A stretch of DNA of 64,000 nt, from assembly GCA_964594365.1 (NCBI GenBank), contig CAZQMB010000004.1, forward strand, positions 17,257-81,256, written 5' to 3'. Below the pieces are notes generated by a model. The model did not search any database. It saw only the letters and a list, made by a program, of their open reading frames with translations, and had not been told where the DNA came from. How positions within the stretch are numbered: the first letter of the stretch is position 1; each line of letters starts with the position of its first letter. Shown here piece after piece: positions 19,048 to 27,859 of this stretch. Source of the DNA: an uncultured Conexibacteraceae bacterium. Its GTDB lineage: Bacteria > Actinomycetota > Thermoleophilia > Solirubrobacterales > 70-9. A program made the translations under genes and the position numbers.

Positions 19048-19115
19048 GAGTCAATCGTAGCGTGGTCATACGTCCCTGCGTGACAGGACCTCACCCAGAG
19101 AGCGGGTGCGGGCGC

Positions 19116-19682
19116 CTAGCGATCGAAGTTGAGGTGGAACCTGCTGGGCGTGGGCTCGCCCTGGCCCTGATACTTCGAGCCCATCTCACCGCTGCCATAT
19201 GGATGTTCGACCGGCTGATCCATGCGCATGAACGACATCTGGCCTATCGGCATCCCGTGATAGATGGTTATCGGGAGGTTCGCGAGGTTGGAGAGCTCGA
19301 GGGTGATGTTTCCTTCGAAGCCTGGATCGACGAACCCCGCAGTCGAGTGGATGACCAGGCCGAGCCGGCCCAGTGAACTCTTCCCCTCCAGGCGGGACAC
19401 GAGATCGTCGGGGAGCCTCACCCGCTCGAGTGTCTGTCCGAGAACGAACTCGCCGGGGTGCAGTACGAACGGCTCATCGTCGGAGATCTCGACCTTCTCG
19501 GTGAGATCGTCGGTCGGTTTCCGGACGTCTATGTATGGATACCGGGAGTTGTGGAAGACCCGAAAACTCCTGTCCACCCTGACGTCGTAACTCGACGGCT
19601 GCACCAACGACTCGTCGTAAGGATCGATGACCAGGCGGCCGGCCTCGATTTCCTGCTTGATCGTCCGATCACTCAGAACCAT
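19116..19682 (-). CDS. dcd: dCTP deaminase
   Basis: [12 protein letters not shown]..., [22 protein letters not shown]. Confidence 0.93.
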   Translation of the reverse strand: MVLSDRTIKQEIEAGRLVIDPYDESLVQPSSYDVRVDRSFRVFHNSRYPYIDVRKPTDDLTEKVEISDDEPFVLHPGEFVLGQTLERVRLPDDLVSRLEGKSSLGRLGLVIHSTAGFVDPGFEGNITLELSNLANLPITIYHGMPIGQMSFMRMDQPVEHPYGSGEMGSKYQGQGEPTPSRFHLNFDR

Positions 19683-19735
19683 GGCGCGAGTCTATTCACC
19701 GATGAGGTGGAAGGAGGGCACGTAGGCAAGATCGG

Positions 19736-20719
19736 CTAGGAGTAGCGCTCGACGACGCCGTCGGCGATCATCGAGAACAGTCTGACCTCCTCGGGGTCGA
19801 GCCCAGCCGAGCCGAGCGTGGCCTTCGCGGCGTCGATCTCCTCCCGAGCCCTCGCTCGGACCCGGTCGGTTGCGCGGGTCGCGACGATCCGCTGGCAGAC
19901 CGTGGCGGCTGAATCCTCATCGAGCCCCTCGAGACCGTTTGCGGCGATCTCGGGATCGATCTCCCGCGCCCAGATCAACGGCAATGTCACCGTGCCGTCG
20001 AGCAAATCGGTGCCGATCGCCTTGCCGGTCCGCTCGGGAGGACCGACGACATCGAGCACATCGTCGAGCAGCTGGAAGGCGAGGCCGATCCGGGATCCGA
20101 ACTCGGCAAGCTCGGCGACGCCGGTCTCGGACGTGGACCGCTTCCCGACCCGACACGAGGCCTCGAACAGTCGAGCGGTCTTCAGGGAGCACCGGTGGAA
20201 GTAATCGTGCTCGCTGAGACCGAGATCGTATGCACCCTCACGCTGTGCCAGCTCTCCCCGTGCGAGCGAGGTAGAGGCAGCAGCCAGCGTATGGATCGCT
20301 TCTTGATCGCCGACCGCCGCAAGCTCGGCGAATGCCCTCGACAAGAGGAAATCGCCGACCGCTGTGGCCCGATCGCGGCCGGATCTCGCGAGGACGGTCG
20401 GCTGCCCACGCCGGACGGGGGCTGAATCGAGCACATCGTCATGGACGAGAGTTGCCATGTGGATCAGCTCCACCGCCGTCGCTGCCGCTACAGCCCGATC
20501 ATCGGCCTGCGGCCCAGCGCAGAGGAGCACCAAGAGGGGTCGGAGCCTCTTGCCGCCCGCCCGCAGCGTGGCTTCGGCGTCCTCACCGACCCTCGACCCG
20601 TGTCCCGACGCCAATTCAGCAAGACGCTCCTCGACTCGGCCGAGCGCACGGGGGAGCCAAGGATCGGCAGCGTCCATAGCCGCGGTCACCGGCGCCGGTA
20701 TTGCGGACTTGCGGCTCAA
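19736..20719 (-). CDS. Long-chain trans-polyprenyl diphosphate synthase (menaquinone side chain)
   Basis: Both Asp-rich motifs are present: LVHDDVLD and FQLLDDVLD. Translationally coupled to ubiE/menG. Chain length cannot be read from the sequence. Confidence 0.9.
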   Translation of the reverse strand: MSRKSAIPAPVTAAMDAADPWLPRALGRVEERLAELASGHGSRVGEDAEATLRAGGKRLRPLLVLLCAGPQADDRAVAAATAVELIHMATLVHDDVLDSAPVRRGQPTVLARSGRDRATAVGDFLLSRAFAELAAVGDQEAIHTLAAASTSLARGELAQREGAYDLGLSEHDYFHRCSLKTARLFEASCRVGKRSTSETGVAELAEFGSRIGLAFQLLDDVLDVVGPPERTGKAIGTDLLDGTVTLPLIWAREIDPEIAANGLEGLDEDSAATVCQRIVATRATDRVRARAREEIDAAKATLGSAGLDPEEVRLFSMIADGVVERYS

Positions 20720-21477
20720 GAGTCGGAAGCCGGGCCTGAGCGCGTTGCCGAGTGCAGCGCGATTATCCCTCCGGCGACCAGGACCCAGCGGATGTCCTCG
20801 AAGCCGGCGGCGTCGAGTTTGCCGGCGAGGGTCCGAGGATCCGGGAAGGTCTTCACCGACTCCGGGAGATACGTGTAGGCATCGGGATCACCAGCGACCC
20901 TTCCAAGGGCTGGCACGGCTCGATCGAACCAGAGACCGAAGAAGCTCGCCATCGGCTCGCGAACCGGACGGGTGATCTCGAGGATCACCAACCTCCCTCC
21001 CGGACGCAGCACACGAGCCATCTCGGCGATGCCCTTGTCGAGATCGGCCAGGTTCCGAGCTCCGAATCCGATCGTGACCGCGTCGAAGCTCGCATCGGCG
21101 AAAGGAAGCTCGAGAGCGTCAGCCCAGGAGAACTCGACCCCCAGTCCGCGCTCGCCGCCCTTCTCACGGGCCTTCTCCAGCATCGGCTCAGAGAAGTCGA
21201 CCCCGACCACTCGGCCGTCCGGCCCGATCCGCTCACGCAGAGCGAGCGCGATGTCTCCGGTCCCGGTGCAGAGATCCAGCGCATCCGAGCCGGGCTGAAC
21301 CCTGCTCAGCTCGACCGCGCGATCTCGCCACTCGTGGTGGAGTCCGGCGGTCATCGCGGAATTCATCAGGTCGTAGACCCCTGAGATGCGATCGAACATG
21401 CCACGGACCTCGTCGGCGAACTCGGCCGAATCGCGCGATGGTCGACCTCCCGATGATGAGGTGGCCTCAGGCGTCAC
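20716..21477 (-). CDS. ubiE: Demethylmenaquinone methyltransferase (UbiE/MenG)
   Basis: VRGMFDRISGVYDLMN, SAM motif ALDLCTGTGD, GFGARN. Confidence 0.9.
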   Translation of the reverse strand: MTPEATSSSGGRPSRDSAEFADEVRGMFDRISGVYDLMNSAMTAGLHHEWRDRAVELSRVQPGSDALDLCTGTGDIALALRERIGPDGRVVGVDFSEPMLEKAREKGGERGLGVEFSWADALELPFADASFDAVTIGFGARNLADLDKGIAEMARVLRPGGRLVILEITRPVREPMASFFGLWFDRAVPALGRVAGDPDAYTYLPESVKTFPDPRTLAGKLDAAGFEDIRWVLVAGGIIALHSATRSGPASDS

Positions 21478-21498
21478 GCTCGAACCTCGCTACCGGCG

Positions 21499-22200
21499 CT
21501 ATCGAAGCGACGCCAGATATTCGGTGAGAGCGTCGAGCTTCTTCTTCGGCAAGCCCGCATAAGAAGGCATGATGCCGGGCCCGATGTAGAGGGACCGGGC
21601 GATCGTGGCCCGAGGAAGACGCAGTCCGATCTCGGTCAATTCAGGTCCGGGGCCATGGTTCCCGTTCTCCCCGATCTGGTGGCATGCAAGGCAACCTGAC
21701 TGAGCGGTGACCAACTTGCCTTCCTCGAGAGACGGTGGAACCTTCGCTTCGATCTCGGTCGGCGAACCTGCGTTGGCGCCGAGGAAGGTCAGGTACGCCA
21801 TCGCGATGATCACGAAGAACCCGCTGATAGCTGCGATCGGTCGCCGGGTCAGGCGCCGCTCGGGGTTGCGGTCGTAGAACGGCAGCAGTAGCAGCAGGAC
21901 CATGCACAGGGTCGGGATCCCGATCGTCGCGACCGGCGTCAACCATGGCGGCTTCAGAACCTTGAGCAACTCGAAGAGGAAGAAGAAGTACCACTCAGGC
22001 CGGGGTACGTAACTGGTGGTGGTCGGATCCGCCTTCGGTCCCTGCTCGGCACCGAGCATCAACGACATCACGACGATGACCAGAGCGACCAGGACGAACA
22101 TGACGCCATCCTTGGCGATCGCATAGGGGAAGAAGGGCTTCCCCTTCTTCTTCAGCTGCTCGTACTCGCGGAGGTACTCCTCTTTCTCGTGGCGGTTCAT
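21499..22200 (-). CDS. qcrC: Menaquinol-cytochrome c reductase, cytochrome b subunit-IV-like domain fused to mono-heme cytochrome c (Bacillus QcrC type)
   Basis: PRPEWYFFFLFELLK (C-terminal cytochrome b/subunit IV signature), three TM segments, and a C-terminal CLACH heme-c site. Confidence 0.85.
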   Translation of the reverse strand: MNRHEKEEYLREYEQLKKKGKPFFPYAIAKDGVMFVLVALVIVVMSLMLGAEQGPKADPTTTSYVPRPEWYFFFLFELLKVLKPPWLTPVATIGIPTLCMVLLLLLPFYDRNPERRLTRRPIAAISGFFVIIAMAYLTFLGANAGSPTEIEAKVPPSLEEGKLVTAQSGCLACHQIGENGNHGPGPELTEIGLRLPRATIARSLYIGPGIMPSYAGLPKKKLDALTEYLASLR

Positions 22201-23069
22201 CCGACATCCTTACGACGAAGGGACTTCGGCTTGCTCGCGTGGACCCAAGGCGGCGCGGTGGTGCCGAGCTTGACCACCAGGAAGAGGTGCGCGCCGATCA
22301 ATCCGATGATCAGGCCGGGCACCAACAGCATGTGGATCGCGTAGAAGCGCTGGATCGTGGTGGCGCCGATCTCGGGACCGGCCCTGAGGAAGTCGGCGAG
22401 ATACGGGCCTACGAAGGGACCGCTCGCCGTGATGTTGTTCGCCACCTCGGTTGCCCAGAAGGAACGCTGGTCGAACGGGAGCAGGTAACCGGTAAGACCC
22501 ATGACCAAGGTGAGGATGATCAGCACGACCCCGATCACCCAGTTGAGCTCGCGCGGGTACTTGTAGGCGCCGAAGAAGAAGGTTCGGGCCATGTGCATGA
22601 AGATCAGGATGATCATCACGGTCGCACCCCACTTGTGCATTCCGCGGACGAACTCACCGAGGAATACCTCGTTGGTCAGGTAGGTGATCGACGCATAGGC
22701 CTCGACAGGCGAAGGTGTGTAGTACATCGCGAGGAACACACCGGTGAGCGCCTGGCAGATGAACGCGAACATCGTCGCCGAGCCCAGCGTGTAGAACCAG
22801 TTCGTCCCCTTCGGCACCTTGCGCAGCGCCAGGGCTGTGACGATGTTCGAGGCTCCGGTGCGCTCATCGACCCAACCGACTAGGTCGGCGGGAGAGTCCT
22901 TCAGCTTGCCCTTGAGATCCTCGGTCGCGGCCGAACCGTTCTTCTCCGCGGGTTGACGCAGATCGACGATCCCGTTCCCATTGCCGTTCCCGTTCCCGTT
23001 CCCATTGCCCTCGCCGGGTTTGGCGGGACGACGAAGGGGGGGTGGAATGAGTTTCTCGATGTCGGGCAT
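22197..23069 (-). CDS. qcrB: Cytochrome b6-type subunit (N-terminal half of cytochrome b)
   Basis: NWFYTLGS, FVRGMHKWGA, and four TM helices with conserved His positions. 4-nt overlap with qcrC. Confidence 0.9.
   Translation of the reverse strand: MPDIEKLIPPPLRRPAKPGEGNGNGNGNGNGNGIVDLRQPAEKNGSAATEDLKGKLKDSPADLVGWVDERTGASNIVTALALRKVPKGTNWFYTLGSATMFAFICQALTGVFLAMYYTPSPVEAYASITYLTNEVFLGEFVRGMHKWGATVMIILIFMHMARTFFFGAYKYPRELNWVIGVVLIILTLVMGLTGYLLPFDQRSFWATEVANNITASGPFVGPYLADFLRAGPEIGATTIQRFYAIHMLLVPGLIIGLIGAHLFLVVKLGTTAPPWVHASKPKSLRRKDVG
22971..23009 (-). repeat. In-frame (Gly-Asn)6-Gly tandem repeat in the QcrB N-terminus
   Basis: The plus strand reads cccgttcccattgccgttcccgttcccgttcccattgcc, which encodes GNGNGNGNGNGNG. 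Confidence 0.9.
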
Positions 23070-23083
23070 TGTCGGTTCCTTCC

Positions 23084-23743
23084 CTAGGGCGCCGGCGGCA
23101 CCGAGGGCCGCGGCGGATAGATGACGTTCCAGACTCCTCCGGTGAACTCGCCAGGATCGCGGGCGCGAACCGGCTCGAAACTGTTGGTGACGCTGTAGCG
23201 GGGGCCGATCTCGACCTCCCCGTCACGCACCCGAGTCTGGAAGCGGTCGAGGGGCCGGACAGGGGGACCACCGATGCGCTCGCCCTGGAACCCGTAGACA
23301 CCTCCGTGACACGGGCAGATGAAGTTACCGGCAGCTGCGACGAACCTGACCGCACAACCGAGGTGCGCGCAGCGAGTGCTCACCGCCACCACGGAATTCG
23401 GATCTTCCTTCAGTTCCTCGTTGCCGAGGCGAACGTAGGCTGTGGTCTTGCCGGACTCACCAGTGCCCTCGACCGCGGTGATCACGGTCGCCGTGTACTC
23501 GTCGGCCGAGTACTGATCGATCGAACCGACCGACTGCCAGAAGTCACCCTTCTCCTTGAAGACCGGGGCGAGAGCGAAGCCGATGGTCGGTAGCGCGACG
23601 ACCGCAATTGCACCGCCAGCGAGAACCTGTCCGCCGACCATCAAGGCGGCGCGGCGGTTCATCGACTCGCCTTCGAAGGTGCCGGCCGGTGCCGCCTTCG
23701 GAAGCTTGCGTTTGCCGTTTCCGCTGTTGCCGTTCGTAGCCAA
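23084..23743 (-). CDS. qcrA: Rieske 2Fe-2S subunit of the menaquinol-cytochrome c reductase
   Basis: CAHLGCAV and CPCHGGVY cluster-binding boxes. N-terminal NRRAALMVG resembles a Tat signal. Confidence 0.9.
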   Translation of the reverse strand: MATNGNSGNGKRKLPKAAPAGTFEGESMNRRAALMVGGQVLAGGAIAVVALPTIGFALAPVFKEKGDFWQSVGSIDQYSADEYTATVITAVEGTGESGKTTAYVRLGNEELKEDPNSVVAVSTRCAHLGCAVRFVAAAGNFICPCHGGVYGFQGERIGGPPVRPLDRFQTRVRDGEVEIGPRYSVTNSFEPVRARDPGEFTGGVWNVIYPPRPSVPPAP

Positions 23744-23775
23744 TTGATCTCCGGTGATCGGGGGGTCTGGTGAAC

Positions 23776-24417
23776 TCAGCCAGGAGGCTCTGATCTACTT
23801 CCCAATCCTACCTGTTCGCGCAACCGGGTCCACGCCTCCTCGACGCCCGTCTCAGCGACGCGATGCTCGGCCCAGACCAAGAGCCGATCTGCGAGCCCTT
23901 GCGGATCCTGAGAATCCGGGATTTCCGCTTTCAGAGCGGTGAATTCCGGATTCGCGCCGGATCCGACGGCAACGCCCGTGGCCAACCAGAGCGCTCGATC
24001 CAGCTGATCTGACCCGCGATCGGCAGGGTCCCCATCGGCGTGGATTACGGCCTGCAGCGAGATCAGATCCGCCAGGTGAGCCACCGCCTCGGTGTCACCG
24101 AGTGTGGACAGACGCTCGAGTCCGAGGGCGTAGAGGAAGTCTCCAGCCAGGAGGGCCAGATCCGGCTCGATATCCGAGACGAAGAGCCTTGGTGTGCCGT
24201 AGTGCAGGAGGTAGCCCTCGCGGATCGACTCGATCAGCACTGCGTACTGATCGGGGTCGGTGGATCGGGGGCCCAGGGCGACGAACTCTCCGAATGCCGC
24301 GGGGGCGACGACGTCATCCACCGGTCGCAAGGCGGACCGCAGACCATCCTCCGTCGCGACCTCGTCTCTCAGATCCAGGAAGGTACGGGAACCGCCCATC
24401 CGCGCTGGCTGCTCCAT
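23776..24417 (-). CDS. Hypothetical protein with a degenerate prenyl-synthase-like helix motif
   Basis: The ATG at 24417 lies 12 nt after the hemL stop. It contains LALLAGDFLYALGLERLSTLGD but no DDxxD motif. No firm family assignment. Confidence 0.5.
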   Translation of the reverse strand: MEQPARMGGSRTFLDLRDEVATEDGLRSALRPVDDVVAPAAFGEFVALGPRSTDPDQYAVLIESIREGYLLHYGTPRLFVSDIEPDLALLAGDFLYALGLERLSTLGDTEAVAHLADLISLQAVIHADGDPADRGSDQLDRALWLATGVAVGSGANPEFTALKAEIPDSQDPQGLADRLLVWAEHRVAETGVEEAWTRLREQVGLGSRSEPPG

Positions 24418-24428
24418 CTCCACAGAGA

Positions 24429-25727
24429 TCAGCCGTCGGCGAAGGCCGCATCGAAGGCTTCCGCTGCTGCCGCAGCGGTCGTCTCGACGGTCTCCTCGTC
24501 GTGAGCGAGCGAAGGGAACCACGCCTCGAACTGTGACGCTGGCGGATAGACACCGCGGTCGATCAGTGCGCGGCAGAAGCGAGCGTACGCGTCCATGTCG
24601 CAGGAGTTCGCTCCCTCGAAATCGCTTACCGGCTGATCTGTGAAGAAGGGGGTGACCAGACCGGGAACCGAGACCACCTGCACCGGGTGGTCACCTGCGG
24701 CCTCACGAAGAGCATCGGCCAGAGCATCGGTGGTCTGAGAGAGCTTCAGGTAGGCGGCGTCATCGAGCAACTCCATCGTGGCGAGTCCTGCTGCGACCGC
24801 GAGTGGGTTGCCGGAGAGGGTTCCCGCCTGATAGACGTCGCCAGCCGGTGCGAGGTGATTCATCATCTCGGAACTCCCTCCGAACGCTGCGGCGGGGAGG
24901 CCTCCGCCGATGACCTTGCCGAAAGCCGTCACGTCGGGTTGGACCCCGGTCAACTCCTGCGCGCCTCCCCGAGCTACGCGGAACCCCGAGATCACCTCGT
25001 CGAAGACCAGGACGGCTCCGTACTCGTCGGCCAAGTCCCTCAATCGCTGGAGAAAACCCTCCGCAGGAGGGACGAGGCCCATGTTCGCCGGTATCGGTTC
25101 GACCAAGAGCGCAGCGACCGGTCTGGCCGACAAGGCCGCCTCGACTGCATCTGCGTCGTTCCATGGGACCACTGTGGTTTGTTCCGCTACGGCAGCGGGG
25201 ACGCCGGGACTCGACGGCTTGCCGGCCGTGGCCATTCCCGAACCAGCCGACACCAGGAGTCCATCGGTGTGGCCGTGATACGCGCCAGCGAACTTGACCA
25301 GCGCATCCCGTCCTGTCGCTGCGCGGGCGAGACGAATAGCCCCCATCGCTGCCTCGGTCCCCGAGGAGGTCATGCGGATCATCTCGACGGAGTCGAAACG
25401 CTCCGCGACCTCGCGGGCAAGGACGACCTCACCGGCGGTAGGCGCCCCGTAGGTGGTGCCGCGCTGTGCTGCCGCGCTGACTGCCGCGAGAATCGATGGT
25501 TCGGCATGGCCGGCGATCAACGGACCCCATGAGCAGACCCAGTCGACGTATCGGTTGCCATCGACGTCGAACAGATACGGACCCTCTCCCCTCTCGATGA
25601 AGACCGGGTCACGACCGATGGACCGCATGGCCCGGACCGGTGAGTTGACCCCACCCGGCAACAGCTCCAGTGCTTCCCCGTACAGCTTCCTGGAACCGTC
25701 CCAGTTCAGGAGTTCTCTGCCTCCCAC
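24429..25727 (-). CDS. hemL: Glutamate-1-semialdehyde 2,1-aminomutase
   Basis: LPGGVNSPVRA, class-III aminotransferase layout, FDEVISGFR. The long ORF-track N-terminus overlaps the upstream gene, so the GTG at 25727 is the preferred start. Confidence 0.92.
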   Translation of the reverse strand: MGGRELLNWDGSRKLYGEALELLPGGVNSPVRAMRSIGRDPVFIERGEGPYLFDVDGNRYVDWVCSWGPLIAGHAEPSILAAVSAAAQRGTTYGAPTAGEVVLAREVAERFDSVEMIRMTSSGTEAAMGAIRLARAATGRDALVKFAGAYHGHTDGLLVSAGSGMATAGKPSSPGVPAAVAEQTTVVPWNDADAVEAALSARPVAALLVEPIPANMGLVPPAEGFLQRLRDLADEYGAVLVFDEVISGFRVARGGAQELTGVQPDVTAFGKVIGGGLPAAAFGGSSEMMNHLAPAGDVYQAGTLSGNPLAVAAGLATMELLDDAAYLKLSQTTDALADALREAAGDHPVQVVSVPGLVTPFFTDQPVSDFEGANSCDMDAYARFCRALIDRGVYPPASQFEAWFPSLAHDEETVETTAAAAAEAFDAAFADG

Positions 25728-26797
25728 GCGGCGTAGTCCTCCGTGAAGTAGCGAAGCCGGATCTTCTTGAACTCGGTCGAGGAGTAGAGGACGGCCCGAT
25801 CTTCGCCGTGGAGATCGTGTTGATCGGCGATCGAATCGAGGATCGCGTCGCACTCCTCCTTCGATCGCCCATGAGCCATGGTGAAGACGCTGTACGGCCA
25901 GTCCTCATAGGTGGGCCGCTGATAGCAGTGCGAGATCCCGCGGACCGATGCCATCTCGACGCCCACCTCACGGATCCGGTCCTCCGGGACCCGCCAAACA
26001 CCCATACCGTTTGCGGAGAATCCGGCGCGACGGTGGAAGAGGATCGCGGCCACGCGGCGCAGGATTCCTCGCTCCTGCATCCCGGCGAGGTGGCTCAGAT
26101 AGGAGTCGACATCCATCCCTGCACGTGAGGCCGGCGCATCGAAGGGCCTGGCGACCGGTTCCATCTGGCCCTGGATCGCGCGGATCACCTCGATATCCGT
26201 CTCGTCATAGGCAACTGGCTCCAACTCCCGCGGCATCACAGCCTCTCCTGCGGGAGCCGCGAGGGTCTCGGTGCCCTTCTCCATCTCGAGGTTCATGTTG
26301 ATCTTGAACAGGGTCAGCGTCGGGAGCTGGCGGATCGACTCCGCGCCGGTCAACTCCTGCAGTACCGAGACGGTCCCGTCCAGACCGAGCTTCGAATCCG
26401 GCGGGGTGGCGATCGTGAACCAGAGGTTGAATTCGTGGTCGCGCAGGTAGTTGTGTGACACACCGGGGTGCGAATTGATGATCTTGGCGGCGCGGTGGGG
26501 ATTCTCTGGATCGACCTTCGCCGCGACCAACATCGACTCGTAACCGAGGGCCCGCGTATCGAAGATGGGGGTCAACTCCCGGATGATCCGTTCGTCGAGC
26601 AGACGCTGAGTGCGCTCGAGCACGTCGTCGAGGTCCATACCTGCCTCCGTCGCCACGGCTGCAAAAGGCTCCGGAGTTAGAGGGAAGCTCGACTGCAGGA
26701 GGTTCATCAGCTTGCGATCGTGATCGTCCAGAGGCACCGCCGCTCCGTCCTTGCGCTCGCGAACCTTGGGGGTTGCTCCTGATGCCGGTGTATTCAT
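25706..26797 (-). CDS. Fused AhbA/AhbB (NirD/NirL-like) siroheme decarboxylase-family protein
   Basis: Two tandem AsnC-like plus decarboxylase halves. Half 1: LMNLLQSSFPLTPEPF...HPGVSHNYLRDHEFNLWFT. Half 2: IRAIQGQMEPVARPF...ISHCYQRPTYEDWPYSVFTMAHG. The ATG at 26797 abuts the hemB stop. Confidence 0.8.
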   Translation of the reverse strand: MNTPASGATPKVRERKDGAAVPLDDHDRKLMNLLQSSFPLTPEPFAAVATEAGMDLDDVLERTQRLLDERIIRELTPIFDTRALGYESMLVAAKVDPENPHRAAKIINSHPGVSHNYLRDHEFNLWFTIATPPDSKLGLDGTVSVLQELTGAESIRQLPTLTLFKINMNLEMEKGTETLAAPAGEAVMPRELEPVAYDETDIEVIRAIQGQMEPVARPFDAPASRAGMDVDSYLSHLAGMQERGILRRVAAILFHRRAGFSANGMGVWRVPEDRIREVGVEMASVRGISHCYQRPTYEDWPYSVFTMAHGRSKEECDAILDSIADQHDLHGEDRAVLYSSTEFKKIRLRYFTEDYAAWEAENS

Positions 26798-27783
26798 CGT
26801 GTGGATGCCTCCTCTGCCAGCCAGAGAGCGGCGGCGGTTGCGTAATAGGTGATGATTGCGTCGGCTCCTGCCCTGCGAATCGCCAGCAGCGATTCGAGTA
26901 CAGCAGATCGTTCGTCCAGCCAACCGTTCGCCGCTGCAGCCTTGATCATCGAGTATTCGCCAGACACTTGATAGGCCGCCACGGGAGCCCCGGTGGCCTG
27001 CTTGACCAGCGAGACGACATCCAGGTACGGCATCGCAGGCTTGACCATCAGGACATCCGCTCCCTCGTCGAGGTCGGCTTCCGCCTCGCGCACCGCTTCG
27101 AGTGCATTGGCTGGATCCATCTGATAGCCGCGCCGGTCACCCGATGAGGGGGCACAATCGGCCGCGTCCCGAAACGGTCCGTAGAAGGACGAGGCGTACT
27201 TGGCGGAGTAGGAGATGATCGGCAGACTTTGGTGGCCGGACTCGTCGAGCTGGGCACGGATCGCGCCGATGCGGCCGTCCATCATGTCGCTCGGCGCTAT
27301 CGCGTCTGCGCCGGCGTCGGCATGTGAGATCGCGGTCTTTGCGAGCAGTTCGATCGTGAGGTCGTTGTCCACCTCCTCTCCCTGGAGGACTCCGCAGTGG
27401 CCGTGGGAGGTGTACTCGCAAAGGCAGACATCGGTGATCACGGTTACCTCGGGATGCGCCTCCTTCAAGGCTCTGACGGCCATCTGGACCACACCCTCAT
27501 CGTCGTAAGCCTCGCTGGCGACCTCGTCCTTGGTCGCAGGGATCCCGAACAAGAGCACGGCGCGGACCCCTGCAGAGGCAACGGTCGTCACCTCGGCCAC
27601 CAGTTCCGAGATCGACAGTCGTTCGACCCCGGGCATGGACTCGACCGGCTCCCGCAGGCCCTCTCCGGAGGTCACGAACATCGGCTGGATCAGATGAGAG
27701 GGAGAGAGCTCGGTCTCGGCCACCAGTTCCCGGAGCTGGCCGCTCCTTCGGAGGCGTCGGAATCGGGTTGCTGGAAAAGCCAT
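26794..27783 (-). CDS. hemB: Porphobilinogen synthase (delta-aminolevulinate dehydratase)
   Basis: RFRRLRRS...LIQPMFV, MVKPAMPYLDV, SGEYSMIKAA. Confidence 0.95.
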   Translation of the reverse strand: MAFPATRFRRLRRSGQLRELVAETELSPSHLIQPMFVTSGEGLREPVESMPGVERLSISELVAEVTTVASAGVRAVLLFGIPATKDEVASEAYDDEGVVQMAVRALKEAHPEVTVITDVCLCEYTSHGHCGVLQGEEVDNDLTIELLAKTAISHADAGADAIAPSDMMDGRIGAIRAQLDESGHQSLPIISYSAKYASSFYGPFRDAADCAPSSGDRRGYQMDPANALEAVREAEADLDEGADVLMVKPAMPYLDVVSLVKQATGAPVAAYQVSGEYSMIKAAAANGWLDERSAVLESLLAIRRAGADAIITYYATAAALWLAEEASTR

Positions 27784-27859
27784 GGTCGGGATTCTAGGGT
27801 GCGCCGTTTTCGGCCGTGAGCGTGCGAGTGCGTCGAGTCGCTCCCTCTAGCCTGAGACC

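Noticed and set aside
24429-25853. N-terminally extended ORF-track models of hemL (and likewise yidD 39164-39565, GtrA 30318-30869, the ahbAB fusion 25706-26923 and ORF X 23776-24522)
   Set aside because: The extensions overlap the preceding genes, are Arg/Pro-rich without homology, and in each case an internal start sits at or next to the upstream stop codon.
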